Origin: Saprospiraceae bacterium
GTDB taxonomy: Bacteria > Bacteroidota > Bacteroidia > Chitinophagales > Saprospiraceae
Reading direction: 5' to 3'
DNA length: 64,000 nucleotides
Assembly (NCBI GenBank): GCA_020630495.1
Contig: JAHDBH010000003.1
Location: 11,059-75,058, forward strand
The notes under the pieces were generated by a model, which did no database searches, was not told the DNA's origin, and saw nothing but the letters and a program-made list of their open reading frames with translations. Positions 38,554-48,088 of the stretch are shown piece by piece; within the stretch, counting starts at the first letter, position 1, and each line of letters begins with the position of its first letter. A program made the position numbers and the translations under genes.

Positions 38554-40254
38554 TTGCCTCTTATGCATAGTCTTTCCACATACGTACTACTACTGACAGC
38601 TTTGTGCATGGGCTCATCCTTATCGTCGCAGATCATACTCGATGAGCTGTACGATGACTGGAGCGAACTTGATATATATCTCGACGGCGATGATGTCGAG
38701 GGTGGAGGTGTAGACATACTGGCCACAGGAGCCACGATGGATAGCGACTATCTCTATCTCTACCTGCAAGTAGAGCGCAATCGTCTCCTTCAAGAGACAG
38801 ACGGACTCCAGGTATTGCTAGATATAGACAATGATGTAAATACGGGAGAGCTGATGCATGGTTTAGGAGTGGATCTTTTGTTTGATTTTGGCGCACGCGC
38901 TGGAGTGAGTGCTCTGGATGTGAGACGTGGATATAGTCATGACGATATAGGACTTATCTCATCACCCACAGTGAGTAGCAGTGAGTGGGAGATGCTGATA
39001 CGTCGCACTGCTCCAGTGGATAGTGAGATAGACTATGTGATCAGCGATAGCTGCAAGTACGTATGGAGATTTACTGGTGGCGATGTGGCGCCAGATCAGG
39101 GAACACTGAACGTAGATCGAGCTGACATCTATGATAGGGAGTATAGCACTGATCTATCCGTTGCAGAAGGTACTGATCTGAGAGTACTAAGCTATAATGT
39201 CCTCCGTGATAGACCCCTAGAGTCGAGCAGTGCGCGGTCAGCGCTGGGTCGAGTGCTGCGGACTCTCGACCCAGACGTAATTGCCTTCCAGGAGATCTAC
39301 GAGCATAGCAGCCTAGAGGTCGCGGCTATGGTAAATACACTGTATCCACCAGACATAGGTGAGCAATGGTATCATGCTCAGGTACAGCCAGATATCATAC
39401 TGGTCAGTAAGGCTAATATCACTGCGACGCGATCAAGTGACGGCAATGGATATTTCCGCATATCGCATGCGGATAGAGACTGGCTGATTGTCAATTGCCA
39501 CTTGCCCTGCTGCGAAAATGATTTTGGCCGCAGGCAGGAGATCGATCGGATCCTTCAGATCCTGAGAGATATCCAGGCTGGCACGCATCCGCTAGAGGTA
39601 CAGGAAGATGCGCCAGTGATCATATTGGGCGATATGAATCTCGTAGGAAGCAATGAGACAAGAGATGCGCTACTCCTAGGAGACATCGATCGCAATGGGC
39701 TCTATGGCCCAGACTTTGACCCAGACTGGGGGAGAGGAGCCCTTACAGATGCTGTCCCCCTCACCACCGGTCTCCCTGCGACTATCAGCTGGAACCCGTC
39801 TGGTGGTAGCTTCTCGCCAGGTAGACTAGACTATATTACCTACTCCTCGTCAAGTGTAGAAGTCCTGAGCAGTGGAGCTCTGCTATCAAGTGCACTCAGC
39901 CCCGAGGCTCTAGCCGCTACTGAGCTCAGAGAGGACGACACGGATCGCATCAGTGATCACCTTCCTCTTTTTGCTGATTTCAGGGCGGTAGGTACGGTGT
40001 CCACCGCAGATCCGCTTGCTCGTACGGCAGTAGGCAACGGTGTGCTGAAGTACTATCTTCGAGCTGGCTCTGTGCACATATTGCCAAATGGCACCATAGC
40101 TCTATCCTTGATCTCGCCCTACGCAGGTCACGTACACACCATGAGTGTGGAGGCAGATAGGCTGACTGTACCAGAGATCACGCCCGGCATGTACATTGCC
40201 TCATTGCTTCATCAAGATGGCACATCCTCCCATCAGCTCTGGCTAATCCAGTGA
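38554..40254 (+). CDS. Secreted endonuclease/exonuclease/phosphatase (EEP) family protein
   Basis: LRVLSYNV, DVIAFQEI, ILGDMN and SDHLPLFADF motifs, plus a signal peptide. Confidence 0.75.
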   Translation: MPLMHSLSTYVLLLTALCMGSSLSSQIILDELYDDWSELDIYLDGDDVEGGGVDILATGATMDSDYLYLYLQVERNRLLQETDGLQVLLDIDNDVNTGELMHGLGVDLLFDFGARAGVSALDVRRGYSHDDIGLISSPTVSSSEWEMLIRRTAPVDSEIDYVISDSCKYVWRFTGGDVAPDQGTLNVDRADIYDREYSTDLSVAEGTDLRVLSYNVLRDRPLESSSARSALGRVLRTLDPDVIAFQEIYEHSSLEVAAMVNTLYPPDIGEQWYHAQVQPDIILVSKANITATRSSDGNGYFRISHADRDWLIVNCHLPCCENDFGRRQEIDRILQILRDIQAGTHPLEVQEDAPVIILGDMNLVGSNETRDALLLGDIDRNGLYGPDFDPDWGRGALTDAVPLTTGLPATISWNPSGGSFSPGRLDYITYSSSSVEVLSSGALLSSALSPEALAATELREDDTDRISDHLPLFADFRAVGTVSTADPLARTAVGNGVLKYYLRAGSVHILPNGTIALSLISPYAGHVHTMSVEADRLTVPEITPGMYIASLLHQDGTSSHQLWLIQ

Positions 40255-41706
40255 GTCAGCGGCCATAAGTCCCTTATCACTAAGGGCTCGCTCCACGAAC
40301 TCACGTAGCTGCTGAGCCCCCATCCGATTGTATAATATGGTGAAATCTGCGTCTAGGATGTAGATCGCAGGTGTCTTGAGTACTGCAAATCGCTCCGCGT
40401 ATCGGGAGGTATATTCTGGATCGACCATATGCGGTATGATCTCGCCATCATGCTCTCTGATAAACTCGGCGGCCTCTTGATATTGCTTATAGGAGCCCAC
40501 ATTCACGGCATAGCCACGCAGACCTAGCGTGTCGTACTCACTGAGCAGATCGATCAATACGGGAAAGGCCTCCTGACAGTGACCACAACTCGGCTTCCAG
40601 AAGAAGAGTACGATCAGCTCTCCTTCTATATCATGAAGGCTTAGTTCCTCGGACGAGAGCTTATAATACAAATTGCGCTTAGGATCAATAGAAAGTCTGA
40701 TGGTAGAGTCAATGTCAAGTATAGGCATGGTGAGATCCTGAGCTTTTGCGCCTATCAGAGATTTACGCTGGACAGCTGCTCGCTGGATCATTTTATTCTT
40801 AGCTTCATCAGGCACAAAATTGTCTGCAAGACCTGTAGTGATATACCTGTCTGTGAGCTGTACCCAGATACGCTCATCATTGATCCGACTTGATTCCGCA
40901 TATTTATTGATCCACTGGACTAGGTAGTACTGGAACACGTCTTCGTCCCCTTGCACCATATCCAAGACGGTGATCATACTCTGCGCCAGGCTATCTGGTC
41001 GCTGTACAGTATACTCGTCTATGTACTTGCTCACCATTCCCTTAAAGTATCTTGAGCGGAAAAATCTCGGATCATCAGCTACTCGATCAAAGTAATGATC
41101 AAGGCGATAGTGATAGTTGTGGATGAGCTGAGCTTCTTCATCACCATCTATCTCGGGGAAGTCGAGTGGGTCTTGACTTCGTAGCACTGTGACTAAGTAC
41201 GACTCGGGATACTCTCGCTTGATCTGCTCCTGATACTGGATGAGCGACTCTCCGTGACGGATCAGATCATCGGATACGTCCTGTCCCGCAGCCTCCTGCT
41301 TGAGAAGTGCATTGACAGTCTGCTGGTGAGCGGTAAGGTAGTGGACATAGTCTGTGAATGCTTGATTGATCGGGCTGCCCATATAGCGCCTTTGCTCTAG
41401 CGAGTCCCAGTGTGCATGTACAGTCACGTCCTTGTCCATGCTATCCCATATATAGTCAAAGTATCTACGATCCTCAAAGGAAACGATGATATACGGGCCA
41501 TCAGGCAAGATGGTGTCAGCGTATACGTACTGACCTGAATCGTCCTTGTAGAGAGTATCGTCCACGAGGATCTGCTCGCCACCATAGTGAGCCATGAGCA
41601 GATAATCATCATCACATCCTTCTAGGTCTACTGTGAGCGTGTGAGACTGTGCAGAGATACTGACAGCCATGAGGGCGATGCAAAGCACTGCTAGAGACTT
41701 AGCCAT
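40243..41706 (-). CDS. Secreted TlpA-like thioredoxin-fold protein (paralogue of 1476-2912)
   Basis: The start is taken at MAKSLAVLCIALMAVSISAQ, which is signal-like. C-terminal FWKPSCGHCQE (CxxC). The track's upstream extension is a K/R-rich read-through of the neighbouring gene's tail. Confidence 0.75.
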   Translation of the reverse strand: MAKSLAVLCIALMAVSISAQSHTLTVDLEGCDDDYLLMAHYGGEQILVDDTLYKDDSGQYVYADTILPDGPYIIVSFEDRRYFDYIWDSMDKDVTVHAHWDSLEQRRYMGSPINQAFTDYVHYLTAHQQTVNALLKQEAAGQDVSDDLIRHGESLIQYQEQIKREYPESYLVTVLRSQDPLDFPEIDGDEEAQLIHNYHYRLDHYFDRVADDPRFFRSRYFKGMVSKYIDEYTVQRPDSLAQSMITVLDMVQGDEDVFQYYLVQWINKYAESSRINDERIWVQLTDRYITTGLADNFVPDEAKNKMIQRAAVQRKSLIGAKAQDLTMPILDIDSTIRLSIDPKRNLYYKLSSEELSLHDIEGELIVLFFWKPSCGHCQEAFPVLIDLLSEYDTLGLRGYAVNVGSYKQYQEAAEFIREHDGEIIPHMVDPEYTSRYAERFAVLKTPAIYILDADFTILYNRMGAQQLREFVERALSDKGLMAADSLD

Positions 41707-44700
41707 TTTTCTTCTTTTTCTTTTTGAAGGGGTTCCACTCATCAATTGCTTCCTTGATCTTCTCCTCTTCCTTCTTGGTTTCTTCTCCAAAGATATCCTT
41801 GGTCTTTTCTTTGAGCTCATCCGTGAGTACCTGCGTGACGGTATCTTTCACCTGCTCTTTTACCTCTTGCTCTACCTTGGTCTTGACGGAGTCTATCTTT
41901 TGATTTACTACTGTCTTCACGGAGTCTTTGACCTGAGTCACTTTCTCATCTGCCTCAGAGCGGATCTTCTCTTTTTCTTTATCTATAGTGGTACGGATAG
42001 TATCCGTGATGGTCTCCTTGATTTCTTGCCCCTTGTCATCCACAAAACTCTTGAGATCCTTGTCCTCTGTTCCAAGTACCGTGAAATTGGTCTTGGGATC
42101 CTTGATATTACCAGTCAGATCTATCTGGACTAGGTAACTGTCACCGCTTTCTAGTGGGAGGCCTCGCTTTTGAGCTTCGGAAGTGATGAATCCTATACCT
42201 TCGTTGAGCGTACGGCCTGCAACATTTCCATCCAGCATTTCCTTGGGGATACTTGCGATGATCTTGTAGTTCATCTCTTGTGTGAGACTGTGGCTTCCAC
42301 CTATGGTGAAGTTGACGCCTTCCAGCTCTGCATCAAATTTCTTGACCTCTAGAGTGCCATTCTTGACCTCGAGCCAGTTGGTGGTATTTTCTATCTTGAT
42401 CTGCTTGAGTCGATCTACATTGAGCTTATCAGCTACTTTCTCGAGGGTTTGGCTGTTCTTTAGTTGTCCGTCGAGGGTCTGTAGGAAACCTTTGCCCGAC
42501 AGGGTACCCAGATCAGGAAACAGATTATCCTGCAGCTTACCCTCGAGCACCAGGCTGCTGTTAAATACACCATCTACAAACTTGGCGATAGGAAGGAGTG
42601 CATCCCACGTATTGATAGTGCCAAAGAACTTGGAGAAATTCATGTCCTTGATATCATACTTGAGGCTAAACAGTGGTTCATCTATATTGCTGGTTTCATA
42701 ACTGCCGCTGAGGTTCATCTTTCCGCCCATTGTAGTAGTCTCTACATCCTCCAGATAGAGCGTCTCCTCCTGTACAGACATAGCCCCGCGCACATCGCGC
42801 AGATCGTAGTCTGCATAGATCACTTGTCCCAGATTAGCATCTACTTCCAGCTCCATGCGCTCAGGCACTGGGATCACCCCGTAGCCAGTATCGTTATCTT
42901 CCGTGCTGGCAGTCTCATCCGCTGCTGGCATGAGAGCATTGAGATCTAGTTTGTCACCCTTGATAGAGATATCACCTGTGAGAGTGGCCTCATCAAAGTA
43001 GTAGGCACCGAGATTATCTAGAGTGCCAGAGACGCTTAGATCACTTCGATTTATGAGCATCTCGCCTGTACGTAGATCGAGCGCATCATCTTGCAGAGCG
43101 GCCAGGACAGTCAGATTTTGTATAGTGTAGTTCTCATAGATTATCTCATCGACCACGGCGTCCATATCCAGGGATATCCCATCCAGTGGATTGCTGCTCA
43201 GGACTATGGTATCTGTATCTGCAGGTACGTCAGAGGCTGAGCTCTCTACAAGAAACTCTCCAGCGTCAATCCTAGCAAATCTAGCTCTTACCTCCGCTCG
43301 CACATCGCCTTCTGACAGTACGTAACTCAGATAATCATTGATGGCAAGATCTATCGCGCCTCTACTCTTATCTGTACGCACTTGATCTGCAGATACAGCG
43401 ATTGCCTTGGGCGATAGATCCGCAGCAATCCTTTCCATAGTGATCATAGGATATGGATCATACGTGATACGTAGCTGATCACTGCTCGCTGTACCAGCTG
43501 CAAGTACATCTGCGTAGGATCCCGCGGTGATGTCACTCTGCCTGGCATCCAGCTCAGCATCGATAGCAAGTACTCCATCAGCCTGAGAGATTCCAGGCAT
43601 GGGGTAGGCCTTGGTAATCTTAGCCAGATCTATATTTCCCTTGAGTGCAGCGATCACTCGTGGATCCGTCATGGCATCTAGAATCGAGAACTTGCCTTCT
43701 ATAGGATCACCATCAATCTGCAGCCTGAATCCCTCAGACTTTACCATCAGATCTGATAGATCTCCAGAGCCTCTGACGAGCAGATCAGCGCTGATGCCCG
43801 TCACATCTTGCTCATAGCCAGGATATTGAAATTCGCCGTCAGCCACCTTGGCATCCACTACAAAAGCTGGCAAATTCTTCTCATCTAATCGTCCCTTCAC
43901 AGATCCAGCGAGAGCGAGCGATCCAGATGATCTGATATCAGAGAAATCCTCTGTATAAGCAGCAGGCATGAGAGATAGGAACTGCGCGAACTCAGAGCGC
44001 GGCGCGCTATACTCTATATCTATCATCTGATGATCATCATTGATATCCACTTTTCCCGTAGCTACCAGAGAGAGTGCATTGATCTGTGTAGAGTTCTCTC
44101 TGAGCGTGAGGAGCAGATCATCCAGATTGATATCGAGATCAGTATCGGTCTCTATGCGCGCTCCATCCAGATAGCTCATACCAGACTGTGTGTACGTGAC
44201 ATCTGAGCTGATGAGTTGGTTACTGGTAGCATAGTCCTGACCGTCTATCTTGATCTTACTCTGTCCATTGATATCGCCGAGTTCCAGGGACAGATCTGCA
44301 GCTTTGTCAATGTATCTAAATCGTGAATCGGAGATGCTTATCTTATTGAGAGACAGTACTATATCGCTTTGGCTTTCTTGTGATGCTGGAGGTGTCTCTT
44401 TCATGATATCATAGTTGACCTGACCATCCTCTAGGCCTAGCAGCAGGATATCTGCACCGTCGACTGCGATGGACTCTATCTCAGGCTGACGTGACTTGCT
44501 GAGCACGCTCATAAGGTTCATGTCCATCTGGAATCCTTTCATCTCTAGCAGGCGGTTCCCCGCAAATGCGTCTATGCCATCAATGGTGAGATCATCCAGC
44601 TTTACGCTCAGGTCTGGGAATGATCTGAGCAAAGAGACGTCCACATCTGCAAAATCCACCTCTGCGTTTACCTGATTATTGATCTCGGACTTCACGCGTT

Positions 44701-44803
44701 GTACGATCTCATCTTTAAAGAGTATAGGCCCTACAACAGCCGCTAGCAGCACGAGACCGACGAGAGATAGTAGGATGATGAGTGATATCTTGAGTAATTT
44801 CAT
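41699..44803 (-). CDS. AsmA-family outer-membrane biogenesis protein with a charged K/E-rich C-terminal tail
   Basis: N-terminal TM anchor (LKISLIILLSLVGLVLLAAVV) and a roughly 900-aa repetitive beta-rich body typical of AsmA/TamB-like proteins. The tail ends KKKKKKNG. Confidence 0.75.
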   Translation of the reverse strand: MKLLKISLIILLSLVGLVLLAAVVGPILFKDEIVQRVKSEINNQVNAEVDFADVDVSLLRSFPDLSVKLDDLTIDGIDAFAGNRLLEMKGFQMDMNLMSVLSKSRQPEIESIAVDGADILLLGLEDGQVNYDIMKETPPASQESQSDIVLSLNKISISDSRFRYIDKAADLSLELGDINGQSKIKIDGQDYATSNQLISSDVTYTQSGMSYLDGARIETDTDLDINLDDLLLTLRENSTQINALSLVATGKVDINDDHQMIDIEYSAPRSEFAQFLSLMPAAYTEDFSDIRSSGSLALAGSVKGRLDEKNLPAFVVDAKVADGEFQYPGYEQDVTGISADLLVRGSGDLSDLMVKSEGFRLQIDGDPIEGKFSILDAMTDPRVIAALKGNIDLAKITKAYPMPGISQADGVLAIDAELDARQSDITAGSYADVLAAGTASSDQLRITYDPYPMITMERIAADLSPKAIAVSADQVRTDKSRGAIDLAINDYLSYVLSEGDVRAEVRARFARIDAGEFLVESSASDVPADTDTIVLSSNPLDGISLDMDAVVDEIIYENYTIQNLTVLAALQDDALDLRTGEMLINRSDLSVSGTLDNLGAYYFDEATLTGDISIKGDKLDLNALMPAADETASTEDNDTGYGVIPVPERMELEVDANLGQVIYADYDLRDVRGAMSVQEETLYLEDVETTTMGGKMNLSGSYETSNIDEPLFSLKYDIKDMNFSKFFGTINTWDALLPIAKFVDGVFNSSLVLEGKLQDNLFPDLGTLSGKGFLQTLDGQLKNSQTLEKVADKLNVDRLKQIKIENTTNWLEVKNGTLEVKKFDAELEGVNFTIGGSHSLTQEMNYKIIASIPKEMLDGNVAGRTLNEGIGFITSEAQKRGLPLESGDSYLVQIDLTGNIKDPKTNFTVLGTEDKDLKSFVDDKGQEIKETITDTIRTTIDKEKEKIRSEADEKVTQVKDSVKTVVNQKIDSVKTKVEQEVKEQVKDTVTQVLTDELKEKTKDIFGEETKKEEEKIKEAIDEWNPFKKKKKKNG

Positions 44804-44970
44804 GATTAACTAGTATGTAGCTTGCGCTGTGTGATAGGATTATAACCACCATATACTACGATTCTAATGATGGTTCGCAGATGTAACGCATATCTTGGTC
44901 ATATTTCTTTTTGTAGGACGATAAATCTGTGACATAGTAGCTTATAGATTTGTTAAGTGATACATATCAT

Positions 44971-46650
44971 ATGCAAGACAGTACACCTATCCTCGCAGTA
45001 AGAGGACTCGATATCAGTTTTGGCACGGGCGAGCATAGGGCTCAAGTAGTCCAGGGTGCAGAGTTTGCTCTAGAAGCTGGTAGGTGCTTGGGTATCGTAG
45101 GCGAATCAGGATCTGGAAAGACGATTACGAGTCTCTCTATAGTAGGGCTTTCGCCCAAAGGCGCGCAGGTCAAGGCTGAGGGTATGACTTACAGTAGTGA
45201 ACAGGGCGACTCTGTAGATCTAGCCTCCTTGAGGTCTACAGATATCAGAAAGTATCGCGGTGCAGAGATTGCTATCATCTTCCAAGAGCCGCTCTCTAGT
45301 CTCAATCCCTCTATGAGATGCGGCATGCAGATAGACGAGATGCTACAGTTGCATACGAGTCTGTCGAGATCACAGAGGCGCACACGAGTGCTGGATCTCC
45401 TCACCAAGGTGAAGCTGCACGATCCTCTACGTGTATATCGATCCTATCCACATCAGCTCAGTGGAGGGCAGCTACAGCGCGTGATGATCGCTATGGCAAT
45501 CAGCTGTGAACCACGCATCCTTATAGCCGATGAACCTACCACAGCGCTTGACGTGACAGTCCAGAGTGAAATCCTTGCGCTCTTGCAGAAGCTCCAGAGA
45601 GAGATGGACATGTCCATGATCTTCATATCACACGATCTGGCGGTGATAGCTCAAGTAGCCGATCACATTGCGGTCATGCGAGCAGGCAAGATCGTAGAGC
45701 AAGGACCTTGTGATCAGGTCATATCTTATCCACAGCATGACTACACCAAGGCTCTACTCGCCTGCAGGCCAGACTATCAGTATGATAGCTCGCGACTCGT
45801 CACCATAGACACAGCTCATGAGCAAGTCTTGCGTACGGCTAAGACTCCCGATGTAGTCATCAATCGACAGGAGCTCCCCGTCATGCGCGTAGAAGGCCTA
45901 CACGTCAATTACCCGCAGCGGCAAGGAGGTAAACGCACGGTCTATGCTGCGGTGAAGGATGTAAGTCTCGAGGTATATCCTCGAGAAATCCTGGGTCTCG
46001 TGGGAGAGAGCGGTAGCGGTAAGAGCAGTATTGCCAAATCCATAGTGCGTCTGGCTCCATGGTCAGGAGGCAAGCTGTACTGGCATGACGACGAGATCAG
46101 CGCGCTTGGTCGCAGAGAACTGCGACCATATCGCCGCCGTATACAGATGATCTTTCAGGATCCTTACAGCTCGCTCAATCCTCGGATGAAGATCGGAAAG
46201 GCAATCCAAGAGCCTATGGAGGTGCATCGCATAGGCCACAATGGGACAGAGCGCCGTGAGCGCACTATCAAACTCATGGAGGATGTGGGGCTCACAGCGC
46301 AGCAATATGATCGCTACCCACATGAATTTAGCGGTGGGCAGCGACAGCGCATATGCATAGCAAGGGCACTTGCCTGCGATCCAGAATTACTCATCTGCGA
46401 CGAGTCCGTGAGTGCGCTCGATGTGAGTGTACAAGCGCAGGTCATCAATCTACTCCTTGATATACGCATGCAGCGTGGTCTCAGCATGATCTTTATCAGC
46501 CACGATCTGAGTGTGGTGCGATATGTATGTGATCGCATGATCGTACTTGAGTCTGGATCTATCGTAGAAGAAGGTATACCAGCCGAGATATTTGCAAGGC
46601 CCTCTGATCCATACACTAAGCGTCTCATCGATAGTATCCCTCGGATGTAG
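44971..46650 (+). CDS. ABC transporter ATP-binding protein with duplicated ATPase domains (Dpp/Opp D-F type)
   Basis: Two Walker A motifs (GESGSGKT, GESGSGKS), two signatures (LSGGQLQR, FSGGQRQR) and two Walker B motifs (LIADEPT, LICDES). Confidence 0.9.
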   Translation: MQDSTPILAVRGLDISFGTGEHRAQVVQGAEFALEAGRCLGIVGESGSGKTITSLSIVGLSPKGAQVKAEGMTYSSEQGDSVDLASLRSTDIRKYRGAEIAIIFQEPLSSLNPSMRCGMQIDEMLQLHTSLSRSQRRTRVLDLLTKVKLHDPLRVYRSYPHQLSGGQLQRVMIAMAISCEPRILIADEPTTALDVTVQSEILALLQKLQREMDMSMIFISHDLAVIAQVADHIAVMRAGKIVEQGPCDQVISYPQHDYTKALLACRPDYQYDSSRLVTIDTAHEQVLRTAKTPDVVINRQELPVMRVEGLHVNYPQRQGGKRTVYAAVKDVSLEVYPREILGLVGESGSGKSSIAKSIVRLAPWSGGKLYWHDDEISALGRRELRPYRRRIQMIFQDPYSSLNPRMKIGKAIQEPMEVHRIGHNGTERRERTIKLMEDVGLTAQQYDRYPHEFSGGQRQRICIARALACDPELLICDESVSALDVSVQAQVINLLLDIRMQRGLSMIFISHDLSVVRYVCDRMIVLESGSIVEEGIPAEIFARPSDPYTKRLIDSIPRM

Positions 46651-46693
46651 TTACTATGATATATAAAGTGTATCTTTAGTACAACTGAGTCTT

Positions 46694-46921
46694 ATGACCC
46701 TTAAGAAGACACAATTTCCCGTAGCCTTATTTAGCTTACTTGGTGTGCTTGCCGTGATGAGTGCATTCTGCCTGGGCATGTGCTTACTAGAAGAGAGCAA
46801 AATAGCCCAAGAGCAAATTTCACTCGATGACAGTGCTGCACTCACTGTAGCTCTGAGCGACTCAGAAGTGACGATCAAAGTCATCAAGAAAATCTCTCAG
46901 CTCTTTGCCTCTCTGAGATAG
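46694..46921 (+). CDS. Hypothetical small membrane/secreted protein
   Basis: 75-aa ORF with one N-terminal hydrophobic segment. No family recognised, so it may not be expressed. Confidence 0.3.
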   Translation: MTLKKTQFPVALFSLLGVLAVMSAFCLGMCLLEESKIAQEQISLDDSAALTVALSDSEVTIKVIKKISQLFASLR

Positions 46922-46963
46922 CTGCCGCACATAGCGCACTCACTTGCCCACAGTTATAACTCC

Positions 46964-47899
46964 TTAAGAATCGCCGTCTACGTAGGTGATGCCATCTCTT
47001 CCTGCTCTCACATAGTCCGCTGCGGACATCAGGCGCTTGCCCTCTGGCTTGAGTTGTAGGATCTCTATAGCACCATCACCAGTGCGGTGGTATAGTTTCT
47101 CGTCATGTGACCAATAGCCCGTAGTGGAAGGAAGACTGTCGATCGAGCTGACTTTGCGACTTGCATAGATTTTTACTCGCTGATCAGCAATGGTACTCCA
47201 TGCCGTAGGAAAAGGGTTAAGTCCACGGATAAAGTCGTGGATCGCTGCAGTGGACTGAGTCCAATCTATCTCACACATTTCTGTGGTCAACTTGGGAGCC
47301 TGGGATACTTTAGACTCATCCTGGGCTATGAGTCTGTAGTCAGGATTTTTCAATACATCTAGACTTTCTAGCACCAGATCTGCTCCTGCGATCATCATAC
47401 GATCGTGGATATCTCCCGTGGTCTCATCAGGTCCTATAGGTATACGACTCTGTAGGAGCATGTCACCTGTGTCGATCTCGTGCTTCAGTAAGAATGTGGT
47501 ACAGCCTGTCTCCGTCTCGCCATTCATTACCGCCCAGTGGATAGGAGCAGCCCCTCTGTAAGCGGGTAGGAGAGAACCATGTAAGTTCATGGTGCCGAGC
47601 GGTGGCATATCCCACACAGCCACAGGCAACATCCTGAAGGCAACTACCACCTGCAGATCAGCTTTATAGGCTCGTAGCCTGGCCTGAAAGTCTTTATTCT
47701 TGAGATTGGTGGGCTGCAGGATATCGATGTCGTGCTCGAGTGCGCACTGCTTCACGGCAGAAGCTTTGAGCTTGGATCGCCCTCTACCAGCAGGCTTATC
47801 TGGCGCTGTGATTACAGCGCAGACATCATGAGGGGAATCGAGCAGTTTCTCTAGCGTGGGCACTGCAAAGTGTGGCGTCCCCATAAAGATTATTTTCAT
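46964..47899 (-). CDS. fmt: Methionyl-tRNA formyltransferase
   Basis: MKIIFMGTPHFAVPTL and HGSLLPAYRGAAPI motifs, plus the C-terminal Fmt domain. Confidence 0.95.
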   Translation of the reverse strand: MKIIFMGTPHFAVPTLEKLLDSPHDVCAVITAPDKPAGRGRSKLKASAVKQCALEHDIDILQPTNLKNKDFQARLRAYKADLQVVVAFRMLPVAVWDMPPLGTMNLHGSLLPAYRGAAPIHWAVMNGETETGCTTFLLKHEIDTGDMLLQSRIPIGPDETTGDIHDRMMIAGADLVLESLDVLKNPDYRLIAQDESKVSQAPKLTTEMCEIDWTQSTAAIHDFIRGLNPFPTAWSTIADQRVKIYASRKVSSIDSLPSTTGYWSHDEKLYHRTGDGAIEILQLKPEGKRLMSAADYVRAGRDGITYVDGDS

Positions 47900-48088
47900 A
47901 CAGTATCAATTGTTTACTTTTGGTGGGTACAATGACCAGTCATTGATATCCCCACTAGACTTATTCTAAGTGATTTCTATTCAGTGTATTATGAATTATA
48001 ATCACTTTATATGTGTAACTTTAGGTCGATCCTGTACTTGCTCATCTGGAGCAGCATCAGGTCTCAGTGGTAATTCTACGCTTTTATA

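Noticed and set aside
41669-42133. A 154-aa Leu/Phe-rich plus-strand ORF, and the K/R-rich N-terminal extension (41707-41820) of the thioredoxin-like gene
   Set aside because: Both are out-of-frame or antisense readings of the K/E-rich tail of the AsmA-family gene (AAG/GAA-rich DNA). A proper signal peptide starts at the internal Met at 41706.
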